A stretch of 64,000 nucleotides of DNA from the human T2T-CHM13v2.0 reference genome, Homo sapiens, in NCBI RefSeq assembly GCF_009914755.1, contig NC_060942.1. The stretch is one strand, 5' to 3'. Below the pieces are notes generated by a model that saw only the letters and a list, made by a program, of their open reading frames with translations, was not told the origin of the DNA and ran no database searches. The position numbers were made by a program, and so were the translations under genes. Of this stretch, positions 46,033 to 62,688 are shown piece after piece. The stretch's first letter is position 1; each line of letters opens with the position of its first letter.

Positions 46033-46659
46033 TTCCACACATCATCCAGCCTGCAATTATATTCTATAGTACTGCCGATTTATTTATGCCTATCATCTCA
46101 ACAAAACTGTCAACAACCCAAGGAAAGCTATCAAACAATTCTTTATCTCTCCTACTTCATAGCACAACGCTGAAGACTACAGCTGATTGCAACTGGTATC
46201 CCACTGAAATTACACTTACTGTGGAACAAGATGTTGAAATGAGGATGCTAAAAAGTGTTACAGTGAGTCTAAAACATAAGAATCAGAAAGCAGAGGTCAA
46301 AGAGTGTGAAGACAAATAAATAGACTAGAAAAAAATTAATGCATAAGAAAAGAATCTTTAAAGAGAAGGATGTTTAATCAACTGAGAAGTCATTCATGCA
46401 TTCAATTATTTACTGCACCAGATATAGTCTTCATCACTAGTGATAAAATGGTAACACAAGACAAATGCCATTCCTGGGCACTTCTCTCATAGAAGTTATA
46501 TATAACTGAATCTCTGAGAAAATTGAACAGATTAACTATGATATAGTGTGATAAATGCTCCAGTAGAAGACATACAGACAGCTATGGGCTCATATCAGAG
46601 AGGCATCTGACCTAGTCAGGCATTTCATTCTTCTAGACAGTTAAGGGGACCTCTAGTTA

Positions 46660-46927
46660 AGAAAACCAAACACCACATGTTCTCACTCATAGGTGGAAAT
46701 TGAACAATGAGAACACCTGGACATAGAGCAGGGAACATCACACACCAGGGCCTGTCATGGGGTGGGGGGCTGGGTGAGGGATAGCATTAGGAGAAATACC
46801 TAATGTAAATGATGAGTTAATGACTGCAGCAAACCAACATGGCACATGTATATGTATGTAGCAAACCTGCACGTTGTGCACATGTACCCTAGAACTTAAA
46901 GTAAAATTTAAAAAAAAAAAAAAAAAA
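46660..46927 (+). mobile_element. L1PA 3' end (5'-truncated)
   Basis: catgttctcactcataggtgg...gcacatgtaccctagaacttaaagta plus poly-A. Confidence 0.93.
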
Positions 46928-47286
46928 GCCTGAGTTGGGCTACGATCAATTTTTCAAAAATTTTACTACAGGTGATCAATTATTTTTATTTGATCACAAT
47001 TCTGAGGAAGACAGTACGAATCTACTGCTGACACGAACATTCCACTCCAGGAGACAAGCAGAACTCTCTTCATAAAGTAACATTTAGGTGACTTGCTTGT
47101 ACAAATCTGAAGTATGTGAATTTGGGCAGCATCTCCCCTTGATAAGCTGTTAATCAAGGATTATTATTTTGCCCAATTGCTCCGCAATAGGTTTGACAGA
47201 GGCCTCAGAACTTGGGATATGAAACATAAAATTCTAGAACTATCTGCAAGGTTCAGTAACCCTAGTGGTTCAGCCCAACACTGTAC

Positions 47287-47546
47287 CTGTGGCCCACAGC
47301 TGTCATAGATAAGGCTAGATAACAGCCAATGGGCATGCCCGCTTTCACAGCCTTCAAGAGAGGATGAAACGTGGGTGACTCTGTCATGTCAGGCACAGTG
47401 ACGGAGAAGGGAACAGCTGGACAATTCGGCTGTATTCCATAATCGTTTTTGTGCAGTTTTAGCCTCAAGATTAAATTCCAGGCCCATTGGTTAAATGAGG
47501 TCTCGGGTGTCTCTCCATATCGAACAATACTGGCCAAATATGAAAC
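47287..47546 (-). CDS. EPG5: EPG5 coding exon (~16), 260 nt
   Basis: GTTTTAG|GTTT ... ACAG|GTACAG; [32 protein letters not shown]...LSMTAVGH. Confidence 0.95.
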
Positions 47547-47849
47547 CTAAAACAATTATTTATTTTGAGCCACATTAGTCACACACAAATTAAATCAGTA
47601 AGCTCATACACTCATCTCCTTTTGTGACCAACAATGCCCTCAACGCAGAGGAATATTCTACTTGCTGGTCTCCAATTAATGTTCACTGCACTACATCAAA
47701 GCAATTTTTCACTCGCAACTTGCGCTTACTTGCTAGTCACTTTGTGAACCTGATCTTAGCTCATGTAAAAGAAAAGTGACATAAAAGTTGATACTCAATG
47801 AATAGTGTGCCGATAAATAAGTTTAACCATCAGGACGGAGGTCTCATAT

Positions 47850-47996
47850 ATAGCGCTTGTCAATTTTGGTGGTGTAAAAATTCCCACCATGGTCAATTTT
47901 AAGCTACCAATGGTTTAATAACCTGGCTTGCAAAGTTTCTAAAAATTTAAGTCAGTTCTCCAGAGCCAGTACAACCAAGCTCTAACACACCACTGC
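47850..47996. mobile_element. MER63-like hAT fragment
   Basis: tttaagctaccaa...gagccagtacaaccaagctctaacacaccactg terminus. Confidence 0.6.
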
Positions 47997-48213
47997 AGTT
48001 CAATTCAAATTCTGTAATATTAGAATAGTTATATACAGGCTATTTCTTAAAGAAGAATCTTTATCAAACCATAGAAGTCAATTATAACATCTTAAATTGC
48101 TAGAAATGTTCTTAGGATACCTAATGGTCAATAGTATAAGTCTATCATCTTTATTTCTAAATGTCTTGGGAAGATAAAGATTCATGTTTCCAAATCAGAA
48201 GAGAAGGAAATAC

Positions 48214-48333
48214 CTGCTTCATACTTTCAGAGAGAATCCCAGCATATGGCTTCTGTGCAAGGTACTTCTGATAAGCTTCAAGAACCATTAAAGCCACTTC
48301 AGCATGGACTGCTTGATCCAGATGAAGGGTAGC
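48214..48333 (-). CDS. EPG5: EPG5 coding exon (~15), 120 nt
   Basis: TTAAAAG|GCTA ... GCAG|GTATTT; [40 protein letters not shown]. Confidence 0.95.
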
Positions 48334-48693
48334 CTTTTAAAGAGAAAAATAATCACAAACATACAACCTTGGTTTTGTTTTGTTTTTGTACCTTTGAATC
48401 AAAACATTAGGCAGAATAGTAACAAAGGATCTTCGATGTAGAAGCTAAATGTTCCAAAAATCACATCCCACACAGTCAAACTATAAAATGACAATGGGCA
48501 AAAAACTGTCAAGGGCAATAACACTGTACCTAGATAGGTTTGAACCTGACTTAACCCCTACTCCAGCCAAAAAAGGTTATCTTTGAATGTCATCCCCCAT
48601 TCCACCCAAGAATCTCTACAAACACTTCGGGTCAAGGGCAACGCCACAAACCAGGAAGATGCTTAATTAAACAGAAAAATATTTAATGAACTG

Positions 48694-48990
48694 TCTAGGC
48701 GTGGTGGTTCATGCCTGTAATCCCAGCACTTTGGGAAGCCAAGACAGACAGATAACTTGAGGTCAGGAGTTTGAAACCAGCCTGGCCAACATGGTGAAAC
48801 CTTGTCTCTACTAAAAATACAAAATTAGCCAAGTACGGTGGTGCACGCCTGTAGTTCCAGCTACTTGGAAGCCTGAAGCAGCAGAATTGATTGAACCCAG
48901 GAGGCAGAGGTTGCAGTGAGCCAAATCGTGCCACTGCACTCCAGCCTGGGTGACAGAGTGAGATTCTGACTCAAAAAAAAAAAAAAAAGA
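48694..48990 (+). mobile_element. Alu (S-type)
   Basis: Alu dimer. Confidence 0.94.
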
Positions 48991-49639
48991 GAAAGATATT
49001 TAATAAATTATGTCTACATTCCCTTTTCCTGTTCTATCATTAGTTACAATAAATAAGACACTCAGCAACACAGGTAAAATATTCCTTCTGATGCCTGAAG
49101 TTGCCTATCAAATTTCCTACACTATCTTCCTTTGCAGCCTGGAAAAATACATTCCTTAAACCTTTCAGAAAGATGACTTTCCTAACTCTTAACAAAGGCA
49201 TAAGGAGACTCTCACGCAGCTCTTCAAGAGGAGAGCCTAGGTGATTCTGTTCACAAGCCAGAGAATGTGAAGGTGGAAAACAGCCCCCTGTAGCTCTTGC
49301 CTACGAGCATGTCAATGAGAGAGGGCCCAGATGAATCTATGGGCAGTCCCAAGTGGTCAAGGACACCTCAGCAGAAAAGCTCCCGGGCTTCAGTTTCCTC
49401 AACTGCACAACAGGTATCATGCTGTCCAGGACTAAATGACTTGCTCAGAACAAAACCTGTCAGACAGGTGTAAAGGGCTGAGTTTGCCACCATTTTCCCT
49501 TTTAAATGTTAATCTTCTTATGGAAGAGCTAACAAATAAGGCCTATGGTAAAGAGGCAGAGAAGGTCTTTTAACAGTGAAAATCACTTGAAATGTATCTC
49601 TGAAGATATATGCTACATAGCAAACCCTTAATAATAACC

Positions 49640-50005
49640 ACACCACTGAGTACGTAATGTGTGGCAAGAATCATCCTAAACATCTTGTGTTTCCTCATTT
49701 GTTTAACCTTTACAACAACTCTATGCGCAGTGGCACGCGCCTGTAATCCCAGCTACTCGGCAGAAGGCTCTCTTAAGCCCAGGAGTTCAAGGCCAGCCTG
49801 GGCAGCATATTGAGACTCCATCTCAAAACAAAACAAAAAACAACCCTGTGAGACATTGAGGTATACTCGTTAATATGAATGTTTACAAATAAGCAACTAA
49901 GGCCCAAAGAGTTTAGGAAACTTGCTCAGAGTCACACAGCCAGAAGGTGGCAGAACTGGGATCAGAACCCAGGGAGGCTGGCTTAGAGCTCAGACTCTTA
50001 ACCAA
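49640..50005. mobile_element. MIR interrupted by a FLAM-like monomer (49725-49843, + strand)
   Basis: MIR core on both sides of a short Alu monomer. Confidence 0.75.
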
Positions 50006-50134
50006 TGCATAGTGTTTCAGAAAACAACCCTGACAATGACATGCAAGACAAATTACAGGAGAAAAAGGAATGAGAGGCAGAAGAGGCAATTAGGAGAAAC
50101 TAAAGTAACTAGCCAGAGACAAAACAACAGATAC

Positions 50135-50443
50135 AGCCAGGCACGGTGGCTCATGCCTGTAATTCCAGCACTTTGGGAAGCCGAGGCAAGGTGGATCACT
50201 TGAGGTCAGGAGTTCGAGACCAGCCTGGCCAACATGGCAAAACCCTGTCTCTACTAAAAAATACAAAAATTAGTCAGGTGTGGTGGCATGCACCTGTAAT
50301 CCTAGCTACTTAGGAGGCTGATGCAGGAGAATTGCTTGAACCTGGGAGGAGGAGGTTGCAGTGAGCCAAGATAGTGCCACCGCACTCCAGCCTGGGTGAC
50401 AGGGCAAGACTCTGTCTCAAACAAAAAAAATAAAAAATAAAAA
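50135..50443 (+). mobile_element. Alu (S-type)
   Basis: TSD aaaacagatac. Confidence 0.95.
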
Positions 50444-50683
50444 CAGATACATGGGAATAAGGAAAAAGGGAAGAATTTTCAATGTGGAACAATTTATCCT
50501 CATTTAATAGTTGCTCATTCTGCAAAAGAGAATTAAAGAGAAAATCCTAAACTCTGACACAGCTACAAAGAATTTGTAGACCTTGCAAATGGTACTCAGA
50601 AATGTTAGTGTTTTGACAAAATCCTTCTTTGAAACAGATGCATGTACAACCTCCAGTCTCCAGGGAATGGTTTGAACACATAC

Positions 50684-50848
50684 CTGTTTAGCAAATCCCC
50701 AATTCAGTCCTTCAAGAATAACACAGGCCAGTTTATTCTTCACCACTGTCAGGTTGTAATTCAATAACCAATCCCGAATCACCGCTATCTCAGATGCAGA
50801 AGGTTGCCAAAGATACAAAGGCAGTTCTTTAAACAAGTATAGAGAAAC
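50684..50848 (-). CDS. EPG5: EPG5 coding exon (~14), 165 nt
   Basis: TAATAAG|GTTT ... ACAG|GTATGT; [29 protein letters not shown]...NWGFAKQ. Confidence 0.95.
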
Positions 50849-51490
50849 CTTATTAAAAAGAAAACAATAATCATTAAATAAAGACTTAGAAACAATGCTA
50901 TATTACTACAATATTATATTATTAAACTGCTTGTAAAAAAATTTCTCCAAAAGGAACTGGAGTTTTTGTTTAATTTTTAGACAAGTGAAATGGAAATCAC
51001 GGACAACCAAATCAAGTGGGTATTAAAATTGATGATACATCAAAAGCACATTTCATAATCCTTTGTAAAGATCAATCTTTTTAAATATTCAAATTGGTAT
51101 GCTTCAGTTTAGGTAAACCACCACACTAATGCACATTTTTAAAGTCATGATAAATCGGGGGACGGCTATTCACTTTGCAAAAGAATTTAGCACTTTAAGT
51201 AATTATTCATTCTATGGCATTTAGAAAGATACTCTATTGGCTTCCAAGCCATCCAGGCCGGGGGTGGGGTGAGTGGGAGGGTGGTAAGATGAAACAAGAT
51301 CAACAAAGAGACCAAGAGTTGATAGCTATTGTTAAAACTTGATGATAGGCCATTATACCATACTATTCTCATTACTTTTATATGTATTTGAAATAATCCA
51401 CAATAAAAAATTTTTAAATCCTATTTACAGAAAGTCTACAGCACTACTTTTAAAATAACACATCCAAGTGTGCAAATTAAGATAAATCTG

Positions 51491-51776
51491 GGCCAGGCAT
51501 GATGGCTCATGCCTGTAATCCCAGCACTTTGGGGGGCCCAGGTGGACAGATCACCTGAGGTCAGGAGTTTGAGACCAGCCTGGCCAACATGGTGAAACCT
51601 CGTCTCTACTAAAAATTAGCCAGGCATGGTGGCACGCGCCTGTAATCCCAACTACTCAGGAGGCAGGAGAATCGCTTGAACCCATTGGCGGAGGTTGCAG
51701 TGAGCTGAGATTGAACCACTGCACTCCAGCCTGGGTGACAGGGCAAGACTCTGTCTTGGGAGAAAAAAAAAAAAAG
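51491..51776 (+). mobile_element. Alu (S-type)
   Basis: Alu dimer with small deletions. Confidence 0.94.
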
Positions 51777-51874
51777 AAGCCAAAAACAAGAAAAACACTT
51801 GAGAAAAATGTCATGAGCTCAAACTGAAAGAATCATATGATCCACTGTACATTTCTCTGGAATTCATCCACTAA

Positions 51875-52285
<411 letters not shown>

Positions 52286-52309
52286 AACACTGTTTTTCTT
52301 AAAAGGAAA

Positions 52310-53340
<1,031 letters not shown>

Positions 53341-53823
53341 TGAAAAACTACATGAAGATTGCAAAAGGGATTGTGACAAATGACAGAAACAAATTAAATG
53401 TGTCCTCCTCAACTTAAGTTACTACATACTATTTATTTTGCTTTTGGCTGACTTTAAATAGGACCTTCTTTGTCAGTTGTTTATTCCAAGTATAAAATAT
53501 AAAAACTATGAAAGCCAAACAAATTATGAAATAAAAATTGTTAATTAACTATAGGTCATAAGTAAAGTAAAAATATGTTATTGAACGAGGTGGACAAGTC
53601 AACCTTGAGATTTGAGAGAAACAATCACATCTTTTTATAAGCAGCAGCTAATCCCAAGTTGGTGTGGTGAGTGACACAGAGGCTGGCACAGTAAATGTTA
53701 GTTCCTTTTATCCTGTTTATACCCCTAGTGACAAGATCATTCCCAAGAACCTTCCTATTTTTGCCAATGTTCCATTACTCCAAGATTTGAAAAAACAAAA
53801 ACAAACAAAATCAGTGCTCTTAC

Positions 53824-53964
53824 CATTCCAACCTGGTCAATGGTCTCTTGAACTCTATCCAGAAGGACGGAAATTATCTCAGGGTGAACAGCTGTGATAG
53901 TCCCTAAAAGCTCTCGACCAACCTTTGAAAAAGTCTCTCTGGTAGACAAGGTGACATAAGATAC
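53824..53964 (-). CDS. EPG5: EPG5 coding exon (~13), 141 nt
   Basis: ATTTAG|GTAT ... AATG|GTAAGA; [47 protein letters not shown]. Confidence 0.95.
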
Positions 53965-55630
53965 CTAAATGGGGGGAAGGGGGAAGAAGATGGCACTTTT
54001 AATATCAATTAGCAGTCAAAACACACTTATATCATTTTTTCAAGCAAAGCAGAAAGAATCTTACATTGAGCCTTAATTGACACTATGTTCCAAAAAATGT
54101 TAAAACTTCATACAGGCAACTGTCTACTCTGAGGCCGAAAGGTGCAGGGAGAGGAATATAAGAGAATGGCAACTTCTTATAACAATGACTTCAAGTGTGG
54201 ATTCAAAAAGTATATCCCAAAGTCTGTCGGTAACAATAAAATGGTTCCTGCAGTTTCAAAACTTTTCTAAATCTGAGGAAATCACTACAATGATGAAAAT
54301 CAGAATGCATTTCATGGAAATGCCTAGCTTCCCCTACAGAATAAGAACCCTAACTACAAGACCTTCTAAAACATTGTTTACCAACTCCTTTTGAATTATG
54401 TCTTCCAAAGTGTATGTTACAATCCATTAATGCCAATGGTATTTTTTAACACAATGGAATATACAGAAAAATAACAGAATAAAATAAAATAGAAAAATGT
54501 AATAGTGTATCACAGGTAGATTAAGTATTGCTTCAATTGTACATACACACACAGGATCAGAATGTAATATAGAATGTAATTTTTATTGTGACTCCTGGTC
54601 AAAACACTGGAAACTTTACTCAAGAGCATAAATATTACTTTAGCAACAGATCTTGAGAATGTCACTTAATGTCTGTGAAAATATGTCTTCTCTCCCCAAG
54701 TTTTTCAGATCATGAAGACAGTCTGAATTCCAGATCCATCGAGATCTTAACTTTATGCATGGTTATGAAGTACCAGTATAGGAACAGCTGAATCAAGTAT
54801 TTGATCCTGGAAAGAACATCCAGGTTTGTCATTCTCAAACTGGATTATTAGGGGAAGATAATAAAACCCAAATAATCATCTTCAAACATAATTTTACTTG
54901 AGCACACTAGAATACTTTGGAGGAGATATTTTGTATGCAGATAAACAGATAAATGACAGCTTAAAGTGTAAAATGTGCAAGGCTTTTTAAATATACAAAA
55001 AACTCCAATGAACATTTTGGTAACCACTTTGGGCTAGTCCCTAGATGCTCAGGGGTCCAAATTTCACTCCCCTCCACCTTCACGGATGGCTCAGTGAAAA
55101 GATGAAGAATGCAAGGATCTCCTCCCAGCCTGTAATTTCATATTATAGATGAGGAAAATGAAGCCTGGGGTAATAAGTTATCTTTTTTGATGTGAGATGG
55201 CCAATTAATAGCAGAGTTAAAACTCAGGTATCCTAACTCCAGGTTCAATATTCTTCCCACCATCTCATTTAAACTGGCTGGGAAGCTAGGTTTCTGCTAC
55301 TAGCCAGAGTGGAAGAGTTTAGTTGAAGGGGTGGGGGCGAGGGAAACATACATCATAAAAACTGTGTCAGGCTGTGTCACATTGTCTCTCCCTTACTGAA
55401 ACTGGTGCAACAAATTTCAAAAGATAATAAGTACTGGGGAATGGATATAATTCACATTTTCAATAATCCCTGTAGCAAAATAATGTTCCACTGATTCTCT
55501 ATCCCTTCTCTGAAGTGTAGACAGTAGCTAAATAAGTCACAATTTGTAAAAGCAATCCCCCAAAAAATCAACAGATGGACAATCCAAAAGAAAACATTTT
55601 TAGCTGATTTATAAAACTTCATATTCTAAC

Positions 55631-55785
55631 CTCATATATCTCCAGAACAATAATTTTTATGAAGTCTTCGTCCACATTGGTTCTTCTGGCCTGAGCCATC
55701 TGAGCAAAGGTAGTCAGAAGGCAAATCTCTTCTGAGCTATTCATAGAAGAAAGACACTTCTCAAAGTTGGTAAAATGTTCTGGGT
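55631..55785 (-). CDS. EPG5: EPG5 coding exon (~12), 155 nt
   Basis: TTGCAG|ACCC ... TGAG|GTTAGA; [52 protein letters not shown]. Confidence 0.95.
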
Positions 55786-56506
55786 CTGCAAGTTCATATC
55801 AAGAAAATTAGAGTGGGGAAAGAATAAATTTATATCTTTTAATCACTCTTCCAGAGAAAAAGATTTAGGAATATTTAAAGATACAAAAGGTCTTTCTTTG
55901 TTCCAAAATAGATTTCTACAGGCATCAGGAATAAGGCTGGACCAGATGGCCTCTGAAATTCCAACAAACTCTAAATATAATGTAGCCTCACAGAAAACAT
56001 TTAACATCTCTTAGCTTCAGTACCCACATCTGTCTCAAAAGGTTACTTAATAAGAAGGTTAAATAGCATGTCACTGGTGACGTGCTTAGTTAACTGCAAA
56101 GCACTGCTGCTGTCACCAGGCAGTCACCTTCAAAGGCAGTACTGCCAACTTCAAAGGCACACTTGAAGCTACTTGGTAACTGTCAGACAAACAAAGACCT
56201 GACTAATGAAAACTGCTAATACTAGCAACTACTTGGCACAAATAGGGCATTCCAAAAAAAAGAGATTTGCTTATGAAGAAAAACTGGGGGCAAGAAATTA
56301 GTTATAACCGTAAATGAAATACTAATGAATGTCATAAACGATATAATAAATGTGATATGTTTTGCCTATATCACAAAGGATGTTGTAAAAGCAATACTAA
56401 ATTCTGCCATTAGGAAGCAATATTCACAAATATACATGACAGTAAACTACATGCAAAGTTCTACAGCAGAAAGGAAAAAAAGCCCATTTTAAAAATATAT
56501 GTGCTT

Positions 56507-56815
<309 letters not shown>

Positions 56816-58242
56816 TTAAATATATACATATATATATATATCCTTGATGGAACTTTTCACAGTAAGAAGGCAACAAGCCAATAATTCTTTTCATATTTAC
56901 ACATTTGAGAAACCAAGGTAGATAGCTCACCAAATTTCCTGCATTTTCAAAATAACTCTGGGACATTTACCAAACCAATTTTCATTTTCCATCTCCAAAT
57001 TGGATTTATAGTGGAAATTATTACACAAAGTATTCCCAGAATAATGAAAATTGGCATGATCATTCTAACGTATATTGTGAAAGGATATTTAAAAAGAAAA
57101 AAAAGAATTATCATTCAAACTTACAATGTTTAAGGTACAAATCAAGGAAAAGGCCTTATATTTTAAATAACTCTATAGAAAAAACAATGGGAAAGTGAAA
57201 TAACTTTCTAATTAGCTTTTAAAATATTAACTATAAGGACAAACACATTTCTACAGTTATTTATCATCAGATTTGCTTATGGCTACACTTTACTAGTAGT
57301 CAGAATGTTGATTAGACTAGAAATAAACAAAAAGAAGCCAAATTAAAACAGACTGGTTTTTAACAATCATTGCTAAGAAATCTGCTAGTTAGAAAATGTT
57401 AAAACTAGTTAAAATTTGTTCCCTGGAAACTGATTTCAAGCTCACCCTACTCCTATTACCACAGATAAATAAGAACTGGTTATAAAGAATAAGCACTTCT
57501 GGCATTTACTAAATATAAAAAGTGAGGAAGGGAAAAGATGTTAGAAAGCCTTATTCTTCCACAAACAATAAAAATCAAGCCTCCTAACAAAATTGATATA
57601 TAAAAGATTAAGCAAAGGAGAAGATGAAAAAACAGCAAATTAGAGCAGGAGGATCAAATTTTGCAAAGACTCCACTCTCAAAGCTAGAACATAGTAGGCA
57701 GATGAAACTTCTCTACTGTGCCACTAACTCCTGTGTCAGGTGATACAGGCCCTAAGGGAGATAAAGATAAAAGTGCCGTGGAAGCCTGGAGTCCAGACAG
57801 AAAACTCCAGCAGCAGGATCCAAAGCTCTAGGGCAAGGCAAGGCTGGTACTGCCACTTCAGGGTCTGGAATCACATCCACTACAGAGCTGAGCTGTTTGA
57901 CATCGGCTCCATCTGCCACATGCTAACACAGAGCCTGGCAGATAGTAAGTCCGCAATGAAGGGAGATGACACTACAAAGGAGACCTACCCAGGACTCAGG
58001 TATACAAAGTAGTGCTGCTGACCATCCCAGGCACTTCCAAAGGAAATGTCTGCTTCTGTATTAGCTATTTCAACCACAGAAATAGCCGCCAGAGGACAGA
58101 CAATGGCTGTGAGACCTCTCACCTAGCTCACTCGTAAGCCCAGGTCCAACCACGGCAATGGTCTAATAGAAGCACTGCCCCCAGGACAGTGGAGAAGCAC
58201 TTTACAAAGAATAATAATATAAGGAATCCAGAGCTACCACTA

Positions 58243-58640
<398 letters not shown>

Positions 58641-58963
58641 ATGGAAATAAAAAAATAAATCATGAATGTCTGCAGAAACTACTTTGCAAACAGTAGAGGC
58701 CCAATAATTTTTAAAGTATATGATTTTCTTTTAAGTGATACAGACATTTAAAAATTTGGAAAACAGCCTTTACTTCCTGCTGTGAAGGAAAAAACACTTG
58801 GAAAACAGAATTATCTTTGGTGTTTTTTTTTAGTCTTGTATTTCAGTAAATTGTCTATCTTTTTTAACGTATAGGGTAGTTTTTTAAAATCACTACAACA
58901 TACATCTAATTAAATGGTGTTTTTCATTTCGAACATTATAATTTTGTTATAAGTAAATATCCT

Positions 58964-59272
58964 GGCCAGGCACGGTGGCTCACGCCTGTAATCACAGCAC
59001 TTGGGAGGCCGAAGCAGGCAGATCACCTGAGGTCAGGAGTTCAAGACCAGCCTGGGCAACATGATGAAACCATGTCTCTACTAAAAATACAAAAAATAGC
59101 CAGGCGTGATAGCGTGGACCTGTAAGCCCAGCTACTCAGGAGGCTGAGGCACTAGAATCACTTGAACCCAGGAGGTGGAGGTTGCAGTCAGCCAAGAGCA
59201 CACCACTCCACTCCAACCTGGGTGATAGAGTGAGACCCTGTCTCAAAAAAAATAAAAAATAAAAATAAATAA
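58964..59272 (+). mobile_element. Alu (S-type)
   Basis: TSD taaatatcct. Confidence 0.95.
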
Positions 59273-59764
59273 ATATCCTGTAGTTTAGAGGTGGTATGAC
59301 GCAAAAACTTAAGTTTTCACCAAAATTAATTTTTAAAGTACACCTGTCTACATCTTTAGTTCATAAAAACAATACAACTTTAAAAAAACAGCAATAAAAG
59401 AAAGATATTAAAATGGCTGGGCACAAAGCCTTAACAAATTTCTAGACAATTAATACATATCTGTTAATACAACTGTCAACTAGAATAATTTCACACACAC
59501 ATGCAAAAAAGTGCTTCCTAAAAGTTAGAATATTGTGTGTATTGGTATACTGTTTGGGACTAATCAAATTTTGATTTCAGATATGCTAGTTGCTATTTAA
59601 TACATCAAAACTGTGAAGCAGTCTCCTGAATTTCAAAATCATTACACATGAGTATGTAGAGTAAAACATTTTCTCTTAGTCCTTCTAAAAGTAAAAATTA
59701 AGCCCTGAAGAGAAGCACAAAAAGATAGGGAGAGCTGGACGCCGACTGCTCGGCGGGGCTGTAC

Positions 59765-59922
59765 CTTGGAGCTGCTGCTTGCACTGGGCGGGCTGCAGGG
59801 AGGAGGAGAGCTGCTGCAGGTTCTCGCTCTCCACCTGGTGCATGAGGTAGAAGAGCTTCCACAGCATTTGCACAGACAGAGTCCCAAAGGGCATCTCGGA
59901 CATAAACAGCCAAATGCCAAGT
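59765..59922 (-). CDS. EPG5: EPG5 coding exon (~exon 11), 158 nt
   Basis: CATGCAG|ACTT ... CAAG|GTACAG; [29 protein letters not shown]...CKQQLQ. Confidence 0.93.
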
Positions 59923-60216
59923 CTGCATGTAAGCAGGAATCATTTTATTTATTAATCAGCTTCATTACACTAAGAAAGTAGACAAACCATTGGCTCTCAA
60001 GGAAAAAAAGATTCTTAAATCACACTATGATTTTTCTAATATGCTTTAGTCATAAACACCTCAAGGATGGCTAAGAATAACAGCAAATACAAACCACCCA
60101 GTCTGTGCCAGGGACTGTTCTAACCACAACAATGTGTGCATGTGTGTGTGTATACATGTATGTACAATATCAACTCAAACCATCCTCACAAAAACCAAGA
60201 CAATAATTATGGATAT

Positions 60217-60512
<296 letters not shown>

Positions 60513-60964
60513 TTATTATTACGGATATTAGCACCAATGCACACAGGCTACTAAGGCGCACACAGGTACTAAGGCACACACAGTAGTGGGTGGCAGAGAG
60601 GCCAGCTGTGGATGTGTGTGTCTGAGCACACACACAGGTACACGTGTGCCCACAGACACATGTGCAGTGGGTGGGAGGAAAATCGAAATCCATCCAGTAC
60701 TCCTCTCTGAACACTGAACAAAGTTCAAATTCCTCAGCCCACATTCAAAGGCTTCCACAGTATGGCTCTGAATCATATTTCCAACCACAGCCCTCTCTGT
60801 CCTCCTTCAGTTACCACTGCATTCCAGCAAGCCTGGAGAGACCCCACACCTCCAGGCTGGCTCCTTCCATGGGTCAAGCCCTCCTTGGACTTCCTCCTCT
60901 GCACTATTACAGAACTCCATCCATACCTGACTTTGCCATCATCATACATTCTGCCAGTGATCCC

Positions 60965-61140
60965 CACACTGTAGTGGCAGAAAAACCACCTGGAGACTTT
61001 CTGGAAAATGCAGATTCCCAAGCCTCACCTATAGAGACCATGATTTTGTAGGTCACAGCTGGGGCACAAGAATTTACACCTTTATAGTCACCCTTGGTGA
61101 CTCAGACTCAAGTGATTCTTAAAACACAACATGAGAAACC
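60965..61140. mobile_element. MER5A-like element
   Basis: cacctggagactttctggaaaatgcagattccc...tgtaggtc...ctgggg. Confidence 0.65.
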
Positions 61141-61401
61141 CCTCATGGTACTGTAATTTACATATGACATACTAACCTAACAGCAATTTGAGAGCAGAAA
61201 CCATGTCTTGTTCATTTTTATATAAACCAGTTTATAACTAGAACCTTGTATTTTAATTATCTGCTACTTAAACCAGTATCTCAAAAACAATCAGCACTCA
61301 ATAGATGCTTATTAAAATTGTATGTAAATGTTATCACAACTAAAAAAAAACACTTGTATCAGGATGGTGGCCATGCCCCAAGTCAGAATCTGCTAAGGAA
61401 T

Positions 61402-61695
61402 GGCTGGATGCGGTGGCTCACGCCTGTAATCCCAACACTTTGGGAGGCTGAGGCGGGCAAATCACTTGAGGTCAGGAGTTCGAGACCAGCTTGGCCAATA
61501 TAGTGAAACCCCATCTCTACTAAAAATATAAAAATTAGCCGGGCACGGTGGTGTGCGCCTATAGTCTCAGCTACTCGGGAGGCTGAGGCAGGAGAATCAC
61601 TTGAACCTGGGAGGCGGAGGTTACAGTGATGGTGTCACTGAACTCCATCTTGGACAACAGAGTGAGACTCCATTTCAAAAAAAAAAAAAAAAAAA
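61402..61695 (+). mobile_element. Alu (S-type)
   Basis: Alu dimer; TSD-like aatctgc. Confidence 0.94.
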
Positions 61696-62034
61696 GGAAA
61701 TCTGCAAAGGAATGTACAGCAACTTACCTGTTATTAAATTAAAAAAAAAAAAACTTAAAAAAATACGAGGCACTCAAAGCTGTTGCCGTATTTGAGAAAC
61801 AACTACTACAAATCATCCAATTACAAATTATCTAATTACAAATAAACCAAATTTAAGAAAAAAATGAATAGTGCATGCCTAATCCACATCTATGAACCTA
61901 AACAGGCAACTGGTAGTTCAAACCCACACTTACCTGGACTCTGGAAAAGCCAGCTAGACTTCTGAACAAGAGATTAAGAAACTTCTCTAAGGTCAGTTGG
62001 GCCAGGTTTCTATCTTATTAGTTAATTATCCTAA

Positions 62035-62688
<654 letters not shown>

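Noticed and set aside
46660-46927. L1PA as an active element
   Set aside because: Only ~270 bp of the 3' end remains, with no ORFs or promoter.
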